From Podospora anserina (lineage: Eukaryota), in assembly GCA_017654855.1 (NCBI GenBank), contig CM030333.1, positions 2,604,001 through 2,668,000 on the forward strand: 64,000 nt of DNA, written 5' to 3'. The notes under the pieces are model-generated. The model was not told where the DNA came from. It ran no database searches and saw nothing but the letters and a program-made list of their open reading frames with translations. Positions 21,401-33,256 of this stretch are shown here, one piece after another (position 1 is the first letter of the stretch; the number at the start of each line of letters is the position of its first letter). A program made the translations under genes and the position numbers.

Positions 21401-23465
21401 CACACCCCAGATCTTCCAAAATGGTCGTGGTGTTGAATTTCGCGGGTGTGTCGTTGACCTCGTCGTACATCTCAACATCATGAAGCAGCAGAAGCTGACC
21501 CAGCTTCACCAACTCCAGCGAGACGTACATCGACAGCGGAATCAACGTGTTGAGCGCAATCAGCATCGAGATGAAGACGTGGCTCAGCTGAACTGTCTCT
21601 CCGGAGAGATAGAAAGCCCTCCACTCCTCGTCCCTCCTCCACATGGTATACCCAGCCGTCAGACCGCCCGCAAGAACAAAAACAAAGACCACCAAAAGTA
21701 GCACAATCCGATTCAACGACCGCTGCATCTTTGGCGCCTTCGCCCTAACATTCTTGTTGGCGTTCATCCTAATCTTGCACTCCTCCCCGGTATTAATCAC
21801 CAGCCCCGTCGCCTCCTTGGTATTCCTGAGCGTCGAACCCCTATACACAACCTCATTCAACGTCAACGGCCTCGTCTCCCCACCCACCGTCACCCTCCCC
21901 TCATAATTATAAAGATCAATGTTCGGATCCTCCGACACGACCTCGGCCTCCACCGCGCCCATCCCCGCCACGGAAGCGCAATGCTTCGCCAGCAACGGGC
22001 TCGCCTGCTTGCTCTTCAAGTTCGTCTCCCCATCCAACGCCATGGTCTCAATATACGCAATCCCGTTCTCGTTCGTCGCATGCAAAAGCACAATATCCGC
22101 CGGCACCGCATCATCCCTCTCCAACCGAATCACATCTCCCACCCTAATATCCTGCCACTCCGTCCTCACCCACTGACTCGGCTTCTCCTCCACCACCCCC
22201 CCTTCACTCTCCGTCCCCTTCAGCTCAAGCACAGTCATCTCCCCCTCCTCCCCTTCCGTCTTCTTGCCCCCCCTAACCAAACCGCCTGGTAATCTCCCCT
22301 TCCTCCCTTGCCCTCCCCCAGCCGCCGCCTCGGGATCCAAGACCCAAGCCCCGCTCCTATTTTCCCTCACGTCAAGCTTGTACCTCCTATAATCATCCCA
22401 CCCTTCCTTCGCCATGCTCAAAGCCACAAAAGCCAACAACGGCCCAATAGTCGTGTACGTCCCCGTCGTCGACAGACCCGGCACCATCTGCAGAATACCA
22501 ATCACCAAAAAGTAAAAGTTCGCCAGCTTCTTAAACTGGAAAAACAACTGTTTCGGCAAGAAGCTCCAGATGGTGTACCTGCTCGATCTAATCGCGTTGG
22601 ACACATATGGCTTCCCCGTTCTCTCATCCTTGAACGGTTTCCTCCTTGCTCTTCCCGGGGACAGCAAAATGTGGCGACCGTCTTTGCTCGGAGGGATAGG
22701 TTTCTGGCGGAGGAGGGTTTCGAGGACGTATTTCTTGTAATAAGGGGCTGCGAACTTTTTGAACGAGTGCCATTGTTTACGGGTTGTTTGTCGGTGGCGG
22801 GCTTTTTGGCGGGAGAGCCAGTTTAAAGGGACGGAAGTGTAGCTTGTTCGGGGTTCTCCGTCGTCGTCGTCGTCGTCGTCGGGTGTGGCTGAGGTTGCGG
22901 GAGCCATATTGTTCGAGGTGTTGTTGTTGTTGTTGTTGTCGTTGTTGTTGCTGTTGTCCAAGGCCAGCTGCTGGACGTCGGTGTTGCGCCTTTCGTCAAA
23001 TGTTTGGCGGGGGCGGGTGAGGGAGATCCTTGACTCTTCTATGCGCGAGACGGTAGGGGCTCGGTAGGCACTTTGGGAGCTGGTGGAGATTCGCCCTGGT
23101 GGTAGCGGAGGGGAGAGGGTGCTGTTTTCCTGCGCGAGCTGTGTTGGTGACGGGCCGAGTTGTTGCGATGATTCGAGTTTGTACAGTCCTGTTCTGACTC
23201 TAAGCGCTGGTGGCGGTCGTCGTGAACTGCTGCTGTCCAAGGAGTGACGAGCTCGAGGAAGACCACTGGCGAGAGTTGGGGGCGAGCTCAGGGATGGTCT
23301 CGTGGGCGTGTTTGTACCGCTGCGAGAAGACGGCTCGCGAGGCTCTGGCAGGGAGATTTGCGGGACACTGGGCGAAGTAGGCGCGGGTTGCGAGGTCTGT
23401 AACTCGATTTGCTCAAGCCTCGTCCTGAGCGCCTCTGCGGCGTCATGGTGGCTCCCTGGCGCCAT
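18486..23465 (-). CDS. P4-type phospholipid-translocating ATPase (Dnf3-like flippase)
   Basis: Motifs DGETNLK, DKTGTLT, SPDE, EFSSKRKRMS, KGAD, TGDKRETA, GDGAND; intronless 1659-aa ORF. Confidence 0.96.
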   Translation of the reverse strand: MAPGSHHDAAEALRTRLEQIELQTSQPAPTSPSVPQISLPEPREPSSRSGTNTPTRPSLSSPPTLASGLPRARHSLDSSSSRRPPPALRVRTGLYKLESSQQLGPSPTQLAQENSTLSPPLPPGRISTSSQSAYRAPTVSRIEESRISLTRPRQTFDERRNTDVQQLALDNSNNNDNNNNNNTSNNMAPATSATPDDDDDDDGEPRTSYTSVPLNWLSRQKARHRQTTRKQWHSFKKFAAPYYKKYVLETLLRQKPIPPSKDGRHILLSPGRARRKPFKDERTGKPYVSNAIRSSRYTIWSFLPKQLFFQFKKLANFYFLVIGILQMVPGLSTTGTYTTIGPLLAFVALSMAKEGWDDYRRYKLDVRENRSGAWVLDPEAAAGGGQGRKGRLPGGLVRGGKKTEGEEGEMTVLELKGTESEGGVVEEKPSQWVRTEWQDIRVGDVIRLERDDAVPADIVLLHATNENGIAYIETMALDGETNLKSKQASPLLAKHCASVAGMGAVEAEVVSEDPNIDLYNYEGRVTVGGETRPLTLNEVVYRGSTLRNTKEATGLVINTGEECKIRMNANKNVRAKAPKMQRSLNRIVLLLVVFVFVLAGGLTAGYTMWRRDEEWRAFYLSGETVQLSHVFISMLIALNTLIPLSMYVSLELVKLGQLLLLHDVEMYDEVNDTPAKFNTTTILEDLGCVGYVFSDKTGTLTENLMQFRKMSVAGTAWLHDMDVSYVAPEGGRPSISGRPSMSQRPSFSGWKSSVRPTNAQPELRTDEMIDYIQKKPNTPFSRQARQFILCLALCHTCLPEEDENGKIDYQAASPDELALVRAAAQLGYIVVKRTTESVTVRMEHGTGADTEETYQILDVIEFSSKRKRMSIVLRMPDGRICVFTKGADSVILPRLKQRTLAMQTATAVERRASMRKSVEQEKAFQRRASLQTPAAAQRRSMDLMRRSLALDRKSSWRKSMVSEGLDNWLARREADGLDAPGNEEAYQTPRQSMARNRSLELARLAAFDPLDGMVDEQLAVNEGAVFERCFQHVDDFATEGLRTLMYSYRYLEEDEYKAWKEIYLEATTSLVNRQEQIENAAEIIEQDYELAGATAIEDKLQQGVPETIDKLRRANIKVWMLTGDKRETAINIAHSARICKPFSEVYILDVSHGDLQDRINATLTDVSRGMAPHSVVVIDGQTLTIVDDDPQLRLLFFDLVARVDSVICCRASPSQKANLVKCIRRQVPSAVTLAIGDGANDVAMLQCAHLGIGINGREGTQAARISDYSIGQFRFLSRLLFVHGRWCYARTGKYILATFWKEIVFYLIQAQYQHYNGYTGTSIFESTSLAVFNTLFTSLCVILPGILETDLSAETLLAVPELYSFGQKSQGFNFKLWVYWMVLGITESVIIFNCVYYLYTLAPYPVETDLYSVGTLAFSLAVVFINLKLFLRVRNRNVIIFVGLFLSIFGWWLWNILLAVIFKPSLGPYIVGDNFLTGYGKEGYWWIVHFLALSALCVFELGVAAVKKTFWPTDQDLAQEMEAMEGVMEVLGMHANRLEKGESCTVVVGGNAEEGDDERGGRKPGFGDVASLKTVTSASSPGPGLESGGGGGGGGGLMPGWRGGSGQQRPPGVRKMASAEFGRASMSRLSRQFTPPVEERENPIDEFMSKQERQQGVKK

Positions 23466-24517
23466 GCCACCGAAATAGTGCTAGAGCTGACGAACGACCT
23501 GCGCGCGCAAAAGACAAAGGGCTCGGTGGAACAAAGGGATTGGGGGAGGATGAGGTGGGTGGGATGGGGGCGTGTCAAGGTGCGGCTGGCATGACCCGAT
23601 TGGTGGTGTCCTTGCTTGTCTAGGACAAAGGGAGGTGGGAGGATGCTGTGGTATGGCAAGGAAAAACGTGTTGCAAGCAGTGAGGCCAAAAAGAGAAAAG
23701 AGAGCAAGTGTGACGCTCGGTAGAAAGCTGGGAACACCTCGATGTATGCTTGGCGGCTGAAATGCTTGAAGTCCGATATGCAAGGATCCCGGCTGCTTCT
23801 GTCGGTCCCACGTTTGTCGCAACCCCCCCCCTGCGCTGCGCGCGCGCGTGCCGAGTTTTGTGTTGTGGCTGTGATAATCAGATGGGTCCAGAAGTCAACT
23901 CAGAACAAGACAAAGCCCGATCCTAGAATCCACAGCCTGACGTTCTCGCCGTCTGTCGTAGTGATAATGTTGAGAAAGTGTTGCAAAAAACTGTCTACAA
24001 GAACAGGTGGCCTGTGCAAGTGATTGGATAGGAATGCAACCGGCCGGAAACAAGTCCTCGACACAACACCATTCATCAAATCAAGAAAAAAAAAGTTGGC
24101 AAGTCCAGACACCGCCGAGGTCCTCTTCCAAGTCCGCACCGCAACAAGAAACCCCACTAGATCATCATCCGCGCAACACTCATATCCACCATCCGGCCAG
24201 CTCGCCATCATCGTCCGGCCCCGTTCTGTTATCAATCGCTCTCCTCCGTTCCACCCCGTCCGGCCTTTTCTAAAACCCCGTCTCTCCTACCCAGCATATG
24301 CAAAGAAAGTCTACTACACGGTTCCAACCCCACCGCTCATTCTGGGAATACACCTCCGGTTAAACCTCTTGGCTGATCCGTACACACAACACAAAGTGGC
24401 ACCCCCCATGCCACCCCCAGCTCCGGTATCCATTCACCGCATTCGAGTTGCCTGTTTGAGCTCCCGTATAAAACCACCACCTGACCCCAACAACGCCACA
24501 CCACATCTTGGATTGCG

Positions 24518-24556
24518 GTGTGTGGTGTGTGTGGTGTGTGTGGTGTGTGTAGTGTG
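24518..24556. repeat. 9-bp tandem repeat, about 4 copies
   Basis: (gtgtgtggt)n between the flippase and homeobox genes. Confidence 0.85.
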
Positions 24557-25516
24557 GACCCCTATCCTCTTCTTCCAAGTCTGAAGTTGCAGCGAGTGAC
24601 AGACACCACCTGTCATATCAACGACATGCAATCGTGTCCATGGCTCTGGAACCTTAAAGATGACAGTTTTGACAGGTTTGACAGTAACAAGTTTAAACCT
24701 CCCGGCTGTGCATTCACTCCCAATCTAGCACCCATTGCTAAATCCAACCTGACATCCATCAAACCTGTCAGAGACCGGCCTAGAACCCAACCCTATATAG
24801 TACCTTACCTACATAGCAGCGGCAGGCAAAAAAAAACTAAAAAATGACCTTACATCAGATCTCACACTTCATGCAAAGGGGGGCACAGTGTCTCCCCTCC
24901 CCTTTCCATCCGGCCTCCAACAGCTCTGCTGTGCCCCAAATTATGCAACCGAGAAAGCTTGTCCAGCCTTAATCATCACCACCATCTTTTCCCTTTCCCT
25001 CTCCCTTTCCACCAGGCAAAAAGACATCACCAGCTGGCTGGCGACACGCGAATGCAACGGCGCGATTTTATTTCTTGGCCCCTCCATCCTCTCCCGTTGT
25101 TCCAGAGCCAGCGCATGCGTAACTCATCCGGGCGGCTCGCTGCAGGTCATCTGCATCTCATCCCCTCTCCTCCGGGCACTGCTTGGACTCGAGGGATGGG
25201 AGCTTCCGTGGTAGGGCCTTCACGAAGCTTACCCTCCTCCCCAACCTAACCCCACGCTTATCAGCCTTATCCACTGCTGTCAAAGCGTAGCCTTCATCAC
25301 GTAATGCCGTTCCTATCTATCTACCTTGTAATCGTGAGATCTTGTTAGACCTATGATCCATTCACATGGAAAGAGCACAAAGTCAGTGGTATTGTGTTTT
25401 CAATTAGGATCCTGCCGTGAAGTCATAACCTAACACCCCACAGCACCAAAATAGCAGCTGAATAGCAACAAAGTGGCGAGTCCATTCCTATATGTATGCA
25501 CACCACTCCGGGAATC

Positions 25517-25543
25517 CTCTCTCTCTCTCTCTCTCTGTCTCTC
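25517..25543. repeat. (CT)n microsatellite
   Basis: ctctctctctctctctctctgtctctc. Confidence 0.9.
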
Positions 25544-26279
25544 CATCCATCGAGACTTCTTTCACCCCTTCTCTCCTCTCCCCTTCAGTCCCCGGCCCGG
25601 CCTCTGGTCCTGCTCTGTCTCTTTTCCTCTCCTGATCCCGCCATTTTGCTATCGGCGCCTTCCCAAATCAACTCCCTGTTCCCGAATCCGCCTTCCCAGT
25701 TATACGCAGCGCAAGAAAAAGCCCCAGTATTAGAACCTCGGTACCAGATAAATCAGCCTCCTGGGCCTCGCCATTCATCGCTTTTCTCGGAGCCCACCAG
25801 GTTGTTTTCCTGGCAGACCACGAGCTCAAAGAAAACAAGAAAAATATCGGAATAAATAACGAAAAAGGGAATAGTTATTAAAGCCTTTCCCAGGACCGCT
25901 GCAAGACACAAAAGTCCTCGGAGTATCGAAATTTGATGGACGAAGAAAATAATCCGCAAATCAACATGACGAAAACGCAACGAAGTGGGATGCCAAACGA
26001 GATGTGAAAAAGTCCGGAACCGCTGTGCCAGACGAGCACGAAGAGTGGGTATCGTCATGCAAAGTCGTGGCTAAATGATGAAATGGGACAAGAATGAAAT
26101 TCAAAATAGATTTCGATGGTGGGGGGTCGAGTTTGGCAGTGTAGATCGGAGATGAGTGAAATATGTCGTGAACTTTTGGTGTGTTGGAAGCTAGGAAAGA
26201 TAACCACGAAAGCTCCCTGGTATGTACAACGAAAATCCTCTCAAAACGCCGCAGAAAAAGCCGAACCGAAAACCGTTTC

Positions 26280-28226
26280 CTATTGGGCCTGGACGCTTTC
26301 TGGCGACAGAGAAGCCGGATCCACGTCGTAATGTTTGAGATCCATGTACTGGTTCAGCTCTATCTCGCTCTGGCTCTGCTCCATGAAGGGCGAATGTGGG
26401 TGAAGCGGCAACGTCATGGTGTGCTTGTTGCCTGGGTACATGTCATTCATACTGCCGTCATCGGAAATGGCCGAACCATCGCACATTGGCGGCATCGACA
26501 TGGGAGGAGATTCGCCGACAATGGCCGGGTCGGGATGGTTGAATGAGAGCGGCGAGATGGAAGGCGGAGGAACACCCAGGCTGGCAGGATTCACCATGGG
26601 CGAGAAAGTACCGCTATATGGCGTGAAGCTGCCAGCAGGAAGACCGTTGGGCTCTGGAGCTTGCGAGGCAAAGTAGTTGGGGCTCGAGAACTCTGATGGC
26701 GAGGGGGCTGTTGTCGCGGAGAGAGGATACTGGCGCATGTCCAGACTGCCGAAACCAGCACGGGTGTCGATCCGCAGATTTGGCCCGATGGGACCAAGCA
26801 TGTTGGGCTGCTGGGGAATTGGGCTGAAGATGTGTGGATTCTGCGTGTGTGGCTGGCCCTCTGGCTGAGTGATGTGGAAGCTCGGGGGGTTTTGCAAAAG
26901 CTGCATGGTCTGGAAGTCGATGGGACCTGGCACACTGCGACTACGCTGTCTCTTGTGGCCTGGCCCACGCATCATCATGGTGTGATGTTGAGCAGCAATT
27001 CCCCACTGGGTTTCCTGGAACATGCCCACATGCGGCTGAGCAAAGTTTGGCTGAGAAGAGGGTCTGGCCTGGGGCGACACGGGGGCAGACATGGAGAGCG
27101 TGTGGAGCTGGTCAAACATCGGGGGAGGAGGAGGAGGCGGCGCGGTATGACGGTGCATGAACGACTCCAGGCTGACCAATTTGGCCAATTGACCGCTCAA
27201 AGCCTTGGGGTTACCACCGAGGTGGTGGGTCATGCAGCGAGAAGCTTGCAGGTCTTCAGTGAAGTCATTCACCTGGATGAAGGTCGAGGTGGTCGCCGAG
27301 TCCATGTAGAAGAAGGGAGCCTCGAGCAGCTCAATCGTGATTCCAGCGTGGTGATCATCCGAGTTGTTGAGGTAGATGTTCTTGATGTAGGAGAATGGGT
27401 ACTCGATCTTGTAGCCAGCCTGCTCGTTGTTGATGTAGTAGGTCATGGTGCACTTGTCAGGGGAGTAGAAAACGATGAGATCCATCGCATTCTGCCCAAC
27501 ACGGGTCCATCTTCCGATGGTGAGCGAGCGGCAGTTGAGATGATGAATCACTGAAAGCAATCAGTCAGCTCACGTACTTGGCTATGCCGAATTAGAAAAA
27601 CAACTTACAAACTTTGCCCTGGCCACCCTGCTCGGCGCCCATCATGCCCTGGTGTCCATAGGGGAACGGACCCGGGCGACCGAAGAAGCCAGGGATGCTC
27701 TTTCCGGATTCCATGGCTTGCATGGCAAGATATTGGCGCATAGATTCAGGAATCATGGTATCCAACTCCTCGCCGCTTTCGAGGCTCTTCTTTGCGAGCA
27801 TCTTGATTTTGGCACGTCTTTGTGAGTGGTTAGCGAAGATTCGAACTATCGACAAAACACACACAAAACTTACCGGTTCTGGAACCAGATCTGAACAGAC
27901 CTCTCGGTCATGTTGATTTCCTCCGCTATCCTCTCACGAACGGTAGCTGTGGGTGTGGGATTCTTGTTGAACTCAATCTCGAGCGTGGTCAATTGATCTT
28001 GAGTGGCGCGCTGTCGTTTTTGGTTCTTCTGCTGCTGGGTGAGAGTGCTCTTGCGGGGCGGGCGCCGCGAAGCGCTTTGCCCGGGCTTCGTCTCCATCTT
28101 CATGTCCTTGGTGGGAGTGGTGGCATTAGATGCTGGCAATGAGGATTTGGTGGAGCATGGCGAAGTCGAGAGCTGAGGAGTGTGGAGGGTCAGGCCCTCC
28201 TCTTGCTTGACCACGTCGGTAGCCAT
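26280..28226 (-). CDS. pah1: Homeodomain transcription factor (Pho2/Phx1-related; Podospora PAH1 / Neurospora KAL-1 type)
   Basis: Exons 28226-27874, 27817-27609, 27550-26280 give 610 aa. Homeodomain [34 protein letters not shown] is split by intron 1. Gene name assigned from recalled family identity, not from a search. Confidence 0.88.
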
Positions 28227-31200
28227 TTCGGGCCCGGTGATCTTGCTGAATTCTTCTTGTTGTGTTGTTTTATCGTCCAAGGGGTATCACCAATTAATAA
28301 GGGTAGATAAATGTCGCGATTAGGCAACGATCGCAGTGATGTCGTCCAAATTCAATTCCACCTAGATTGTTGCGCAGATATCACTCGGCCTAGGCGGATG
28401 TGTCGAGATGGTGCGATATTTTTCAAATCGTAGCTCGGTTGTCTGGTAGGGAGGTAGGTGTAGATTGTTGTCGCGACTCGACAAATAAATGCTGGAAAAC
28501 TATGATGGGAAAAAAGCAGTTGCAAAGGAGCGTCGGTCCTGAACCAAGAAGCTGGAGCAGGAGGAGGTGGTAATAATAATATGCGATCGCGTTAGGTCGT
28601 AGGTAGTAGTAGTACTAGTCGGTCGGCGGCGATGATCGAGATCGTCGTCGGCGAGGGCGAGGGCGAGGGCTAGGGCTATGGTATTGGGGCTGCGAAGGCA
28701 AAAATGGGACCCGGAAGGAGTGAACGGGTCGCAATACAATTGAATTAGTTTATTCTAAAGAGAGTGACTGTGGTGAGAAGCAAAGCAAGAAGTGGGGGGG
28801 AAGGAGGGAAGGAGGGAAGGATGGGCTGCCGAGCGAGCGACGTGGTGATGTGGACGATTGAGGTTGACGAAAAGAGAGACTGGGGAAAAAAAGAGCAGCA
28901 CGGGGACATGGGGCTTCAAGAAGGAAAAGCAAAAAAGCGAGGGAACAGAGAGAGGCCCAGCGTCCCACTCCCACGCACTGGGCGGGTCTGGCGGCCCCTC
29001 GCCCGTCAAGCGCTCCCCAGAGCGACTGTCCAGCCAATCGCGGGACACCAGCTGCAGCCGTACAGTGCGCGCGCCAACTGTGCACCCACCGCACCACGAA
29101 CCAAGAGCTCACTCACACCCATCATCGGACCTGATGAGGGTGACCACACCAACAACACCCACCCACGCCGCATCCAAGTGCCAGGGCATTCTAGTGTACT
29201 ACTTTCTTAGGTCCGGTATGTTTCGTTATTTCGTTTCTCTGAATCCAAGATAACTGTTCAGTCCACAGCAAGAAAAAGCCTGCTCGCTTCTCGGGGCCAG
29301 GGCTTTTACTGTATGTATGCAGAGCAGTGAAACAAGTGCGACACGATTTGGACCAGCTTCTCCGCGTCCCCCCATCCGTACCTGACGCGAAGCCAGCGGC
29401 ACCTACCAGGCACTACGGATACCTCGACAGCTGACCAGCTCCGAGTGTTTGCCTCAGTGTCTAGGATTCCGTTTATCAGCCCCTTTCACCACACTCAATT
29501 CTCACTGGTTTCCTGGTCTGGGCTCTGCGAAGGGCGTTCTGGCACCCCAACGTGCCCAAGTAGGCATGGCCAGCATGGTGGCCTGGTCTTAATAGGGGTC
29601 GTTCTGCCCCCCAGGTGCCCAGCAACCCGAGCCTCGATTCCGATATTCTACACTCTGGGCCGCTCCAGGCCACATCACCGCTCTGCCAGGACACTTAGGA
29701 TGAGCTACCTCTGCCTCCCACGCAAGGGACACATCGAGAGCTGTGTGTGCTTTGCTGCCGTTCGTCACACAGCGATCCGCAGACACGACTCGAGTCACCA
29801 AACACTGCAACCCGATGTGAAGCTCGTGAACCACAACCCCGCCAGTCCCTTGCTGCTGCCCACAGTTTGGCGGGTCCTGCGGGTGTTGGTGCGTGGCCAG
29901 AGCATTTCTCAACGGCGCACTCTGACCACCTCTCACCACGCTTGTCCTCTTTGGTCTCTACCCGACAAGGAGTTCACGACTCAATGAACAACACAACTTT
30001 CGCTGGAATACCGGGCTCAGGGCCATTGTTGGTTGCCGATATCTTCTTTGAGGTCCCAGAAACATCATCCTCGACCGAGAGACCTATTTCAAGACAACCT
30101 GCTGGAAATCTGTCGGTGTTCACTTCAAAAGGTTCGGCGCAACAGGTGGACCAATCACAACCTTTCTGTTCCACACTTGCAGTTGGGGGTTAGGAAAAGG
30201 GGAAACAGCAGTGACCAGCACCACGCCAAGTCGCGATCCCGTACACAGTGCGTCTGTCGGGCAGCGAGCAGCAGCGCATCGTGGAGCTTTTCGGGGCCTG
30301 ACCGGCCATCCGGCACTGGCCCTGGAAAGGACGGCCAAAGTCCCCGGTGGTGATCATATCAGAACCACGGAAACAAGGATCTGATAACCTCCACTAGGTA
30401 CAGTTCTGATACGAATATATATGGAGGAGCTCGACGGATAGTCCATGGCAACAGCCGTGTACAAGAGTCTCCTGTGCTTCATACTTCGACTGCCCCCCCA
30501 CCTTGGTTCGGCCGGTGGTGCTTTTTTCCTGATGTTTGCAGAGCATCGCCACCGCCTGTGGCACAATGCATCTGCTGTTCCTGCAGAAGCGCAGTGTTTC
30601 CCTCGACACTGTGTGCCAACCTGCCGTGTTCCTGCGTTAGTGTTGCTGTTCCTGCGGCGCCGGCGTCAGCAGCAGCACTCCTTTTTGTGTGCAGTAGGAC
30701 GGAGAATCCCACGAGTAGGTAGACGCTCGATTCGGCAGGAGTGTGGTTTGCGTCTCCCTTCGGTCGCGATGGATCGGATTGTGTGGACCATTAAGAAACA
30801 ACGCACAGCAGAACACCCTCAAGCCGTACTGACGGTCCCGTTCGACCTGCCTCACGAGTTATGGACCGACCTGTAGGTACGGACATATGACCAAATCGTC
30901 TCAAACCACCGGCGTACCAGGTCTGAGATTCTGACAGTCTGGCGTCTTATCCGACAGATGACAGGTAGGTACAGTAGTTCCCCTCCCAAAGAGGAGTTTT
31001 CAAGAGGGGAACGGCGTTAGCAGCTGGCTGTCGGAATGCATGCTGTGCAGGGCTGCCTGTGGAGGATCAAGAAAGTGACCCAGAAATAGAAAAGAAAAGA
31101 GGGAACCCCATTCCTGTCGACTCCGGCATTCGCCCACCACACCATTTCAAGCCTCTTGCTCCAACCAGCATAGATAGTCAGGGGCATGCGTACAACAACA

Positions 31201-33256
31201 TACGGTATATACATCATGTACCCGTCAATTCTCGGCCTTGGGGAATAGCTGTTGGTTCCGAGACTTTGGAGATCTGGACAGCGACACACAGACAGCAGCA
31301 AAGCAGATCCCTACGCTACGGTAGTGCACTGTGCTCACACTGTCACACTCCTTTTCTCTCAAGTCAGACGGTGTGGTTCGCCCCACTTTACCCCTGAAGA
31401 TGACCAAGGATCTCTGGCCAGGGTTCCCGACAGAACACACGTGTGGGTCAGGTCCTCCTCCCCCCCATCGGACGAAGGTCGCGCAATTGGTCGGCGCGTC
31501 CAAGAACCAGGCCGGCGCCTTTCCCCTTTTATGCTTCTCTCAGCAGTTGTGGCGATTTTACCCGTGAGGGAGAAAAGAAACGTTATCCCAAGCCAAGCCG
31601 CCAGACCTGCTGCCGGTTTTGGGCTTGGCGAGGAGAACAGGGCAATGGTAGGTAGCATCGTTTCGGTTTTTGCGGAGGGGTTTCTCGGCAACTCTGGAGC
31701 ACGGGCTCTTCGGGGTGGTCAACTCACAACTTATGTCTATGTACACACAGATATCATGCTCTTCATCATGTTGACATGCTTTCCTAACTCAGGATCTCTT
31801 GCTCAACACAAGCGGCACGCGCTTGACAACAAGATCGGTGGGCAGTCGTGAGGCTGCAGGCACAGGTTCATGCGCTGGAACCGGAGGCAGCCTGATTGGA
31901 GGAGGGTCGACGTGTTGTTCATGCATAGGTGGTGAGAAAGGCATGGCGGCCCCCCAAAAAAATGACTGGACAAAGTCAGTCAGTTTCTTCCTTCAAGGCT
32001 TCCAAAAGTACCGATCTTTGAAGAACATCTATAAAATACCACCTTGTATTGGCCGTTGAAAGTCAAGGAAGGAAGCCATAAGGGGGGGAGGCATCACCTG
32101 AAAAACGTTCTGGAAACCCCGCAGTCCAATCGGCCGTGGGGGAGCTGGAGTTGTCCAAGACAGTGGCGCTCGGTGTCAGCCCTGAGGTTGGACAGCACTC
32201 TGGATTCTGCGCCGTCATTGGACGCCAAGAGACGACGCTTACAGAAATCCGGTAAGGTGTTGAGATGGTGTACATTGCCGACGGTGAGGGCTTCTTCCCT
32301 GTTGATGGTGACCACTTGTAAGTCAAACATGGTTGTGAAGCCGGCGCTTGGTTCACCGAATTCAAGCCTCTTCGACGACTACTTCCCGCTCAGCACGGCA
32401 GGCTGTGCCGAAAGGCGGCTTGGACCGTCCCTCCGCCCATTGAAATCGCGGTTGAGTCCGGAATCTGAAGTAAACTACCGTTTTGAGCAGCTCCGGGGGT
32501 TGGACGACACACCCTACCTACCCTGTCAATATCGGGAACAGGTTGTGTATGTATGGACCTATCCCAGATAACGCTCCCCTTCGATGCTGTTTTGGATCGA
32601 TCTATTATTAAAAAAACCGGCTCACTTCAACCTGGTTTAAGCCATCAACCACCCTCTTCCCGAACCCTACAACCCCTTCAACACCTGCCACGTCAACATC
32701 AGAATCATGCAAGCGGCAGGATAATAATAATTCTGTAACAGAACAACAGCATAGGTAACAAGAAAGGCGGATATGCACCGATCTACACTGCCATTTGATT
32801 GCTACCTTGACCTGCCATTTTTGGGAACTCTCTGACATAACCGAAGAGCGTTCTTCCCCACAAAAGGGAACATGCTGCAATAATGCCTTTCTGGCGGGCA
32901 GAAGGAGAGGGGCATTGTTCACCGTCTCGGCTTGGCCTTCTACACAGGGTTGTCTGCCCCATCAATCTGTAACGGGAGGTCTAACCTGGGATCGGAAGGT
33001 CAGTTGGATGTTTATGTGTCTTGGCGGGGGATATCTCTGACAATGTATGGGGATATATATATCATATGTGGTGATGTATACAGTACCATACTGTGTTTCT
33101 TTAGGTGTGGATATTCTTTGGAAAAGACATTATCCCGGTACCGGTATGACCTCGGCAAAGTCCAGTATAGATTCCGGGTCGCTATCAGTCCTCAAGTCGG
33201 GTCGAGATTCAACCCTCTACTACCCAACCCAAGACAGCTCTACCCACCACCACAGC

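Noticed and set aside
23821-23850. C run and (CG)n tract upstream of the flippase (possible Z-DNA)
   Set aside because: Short simple sequence with no further support.
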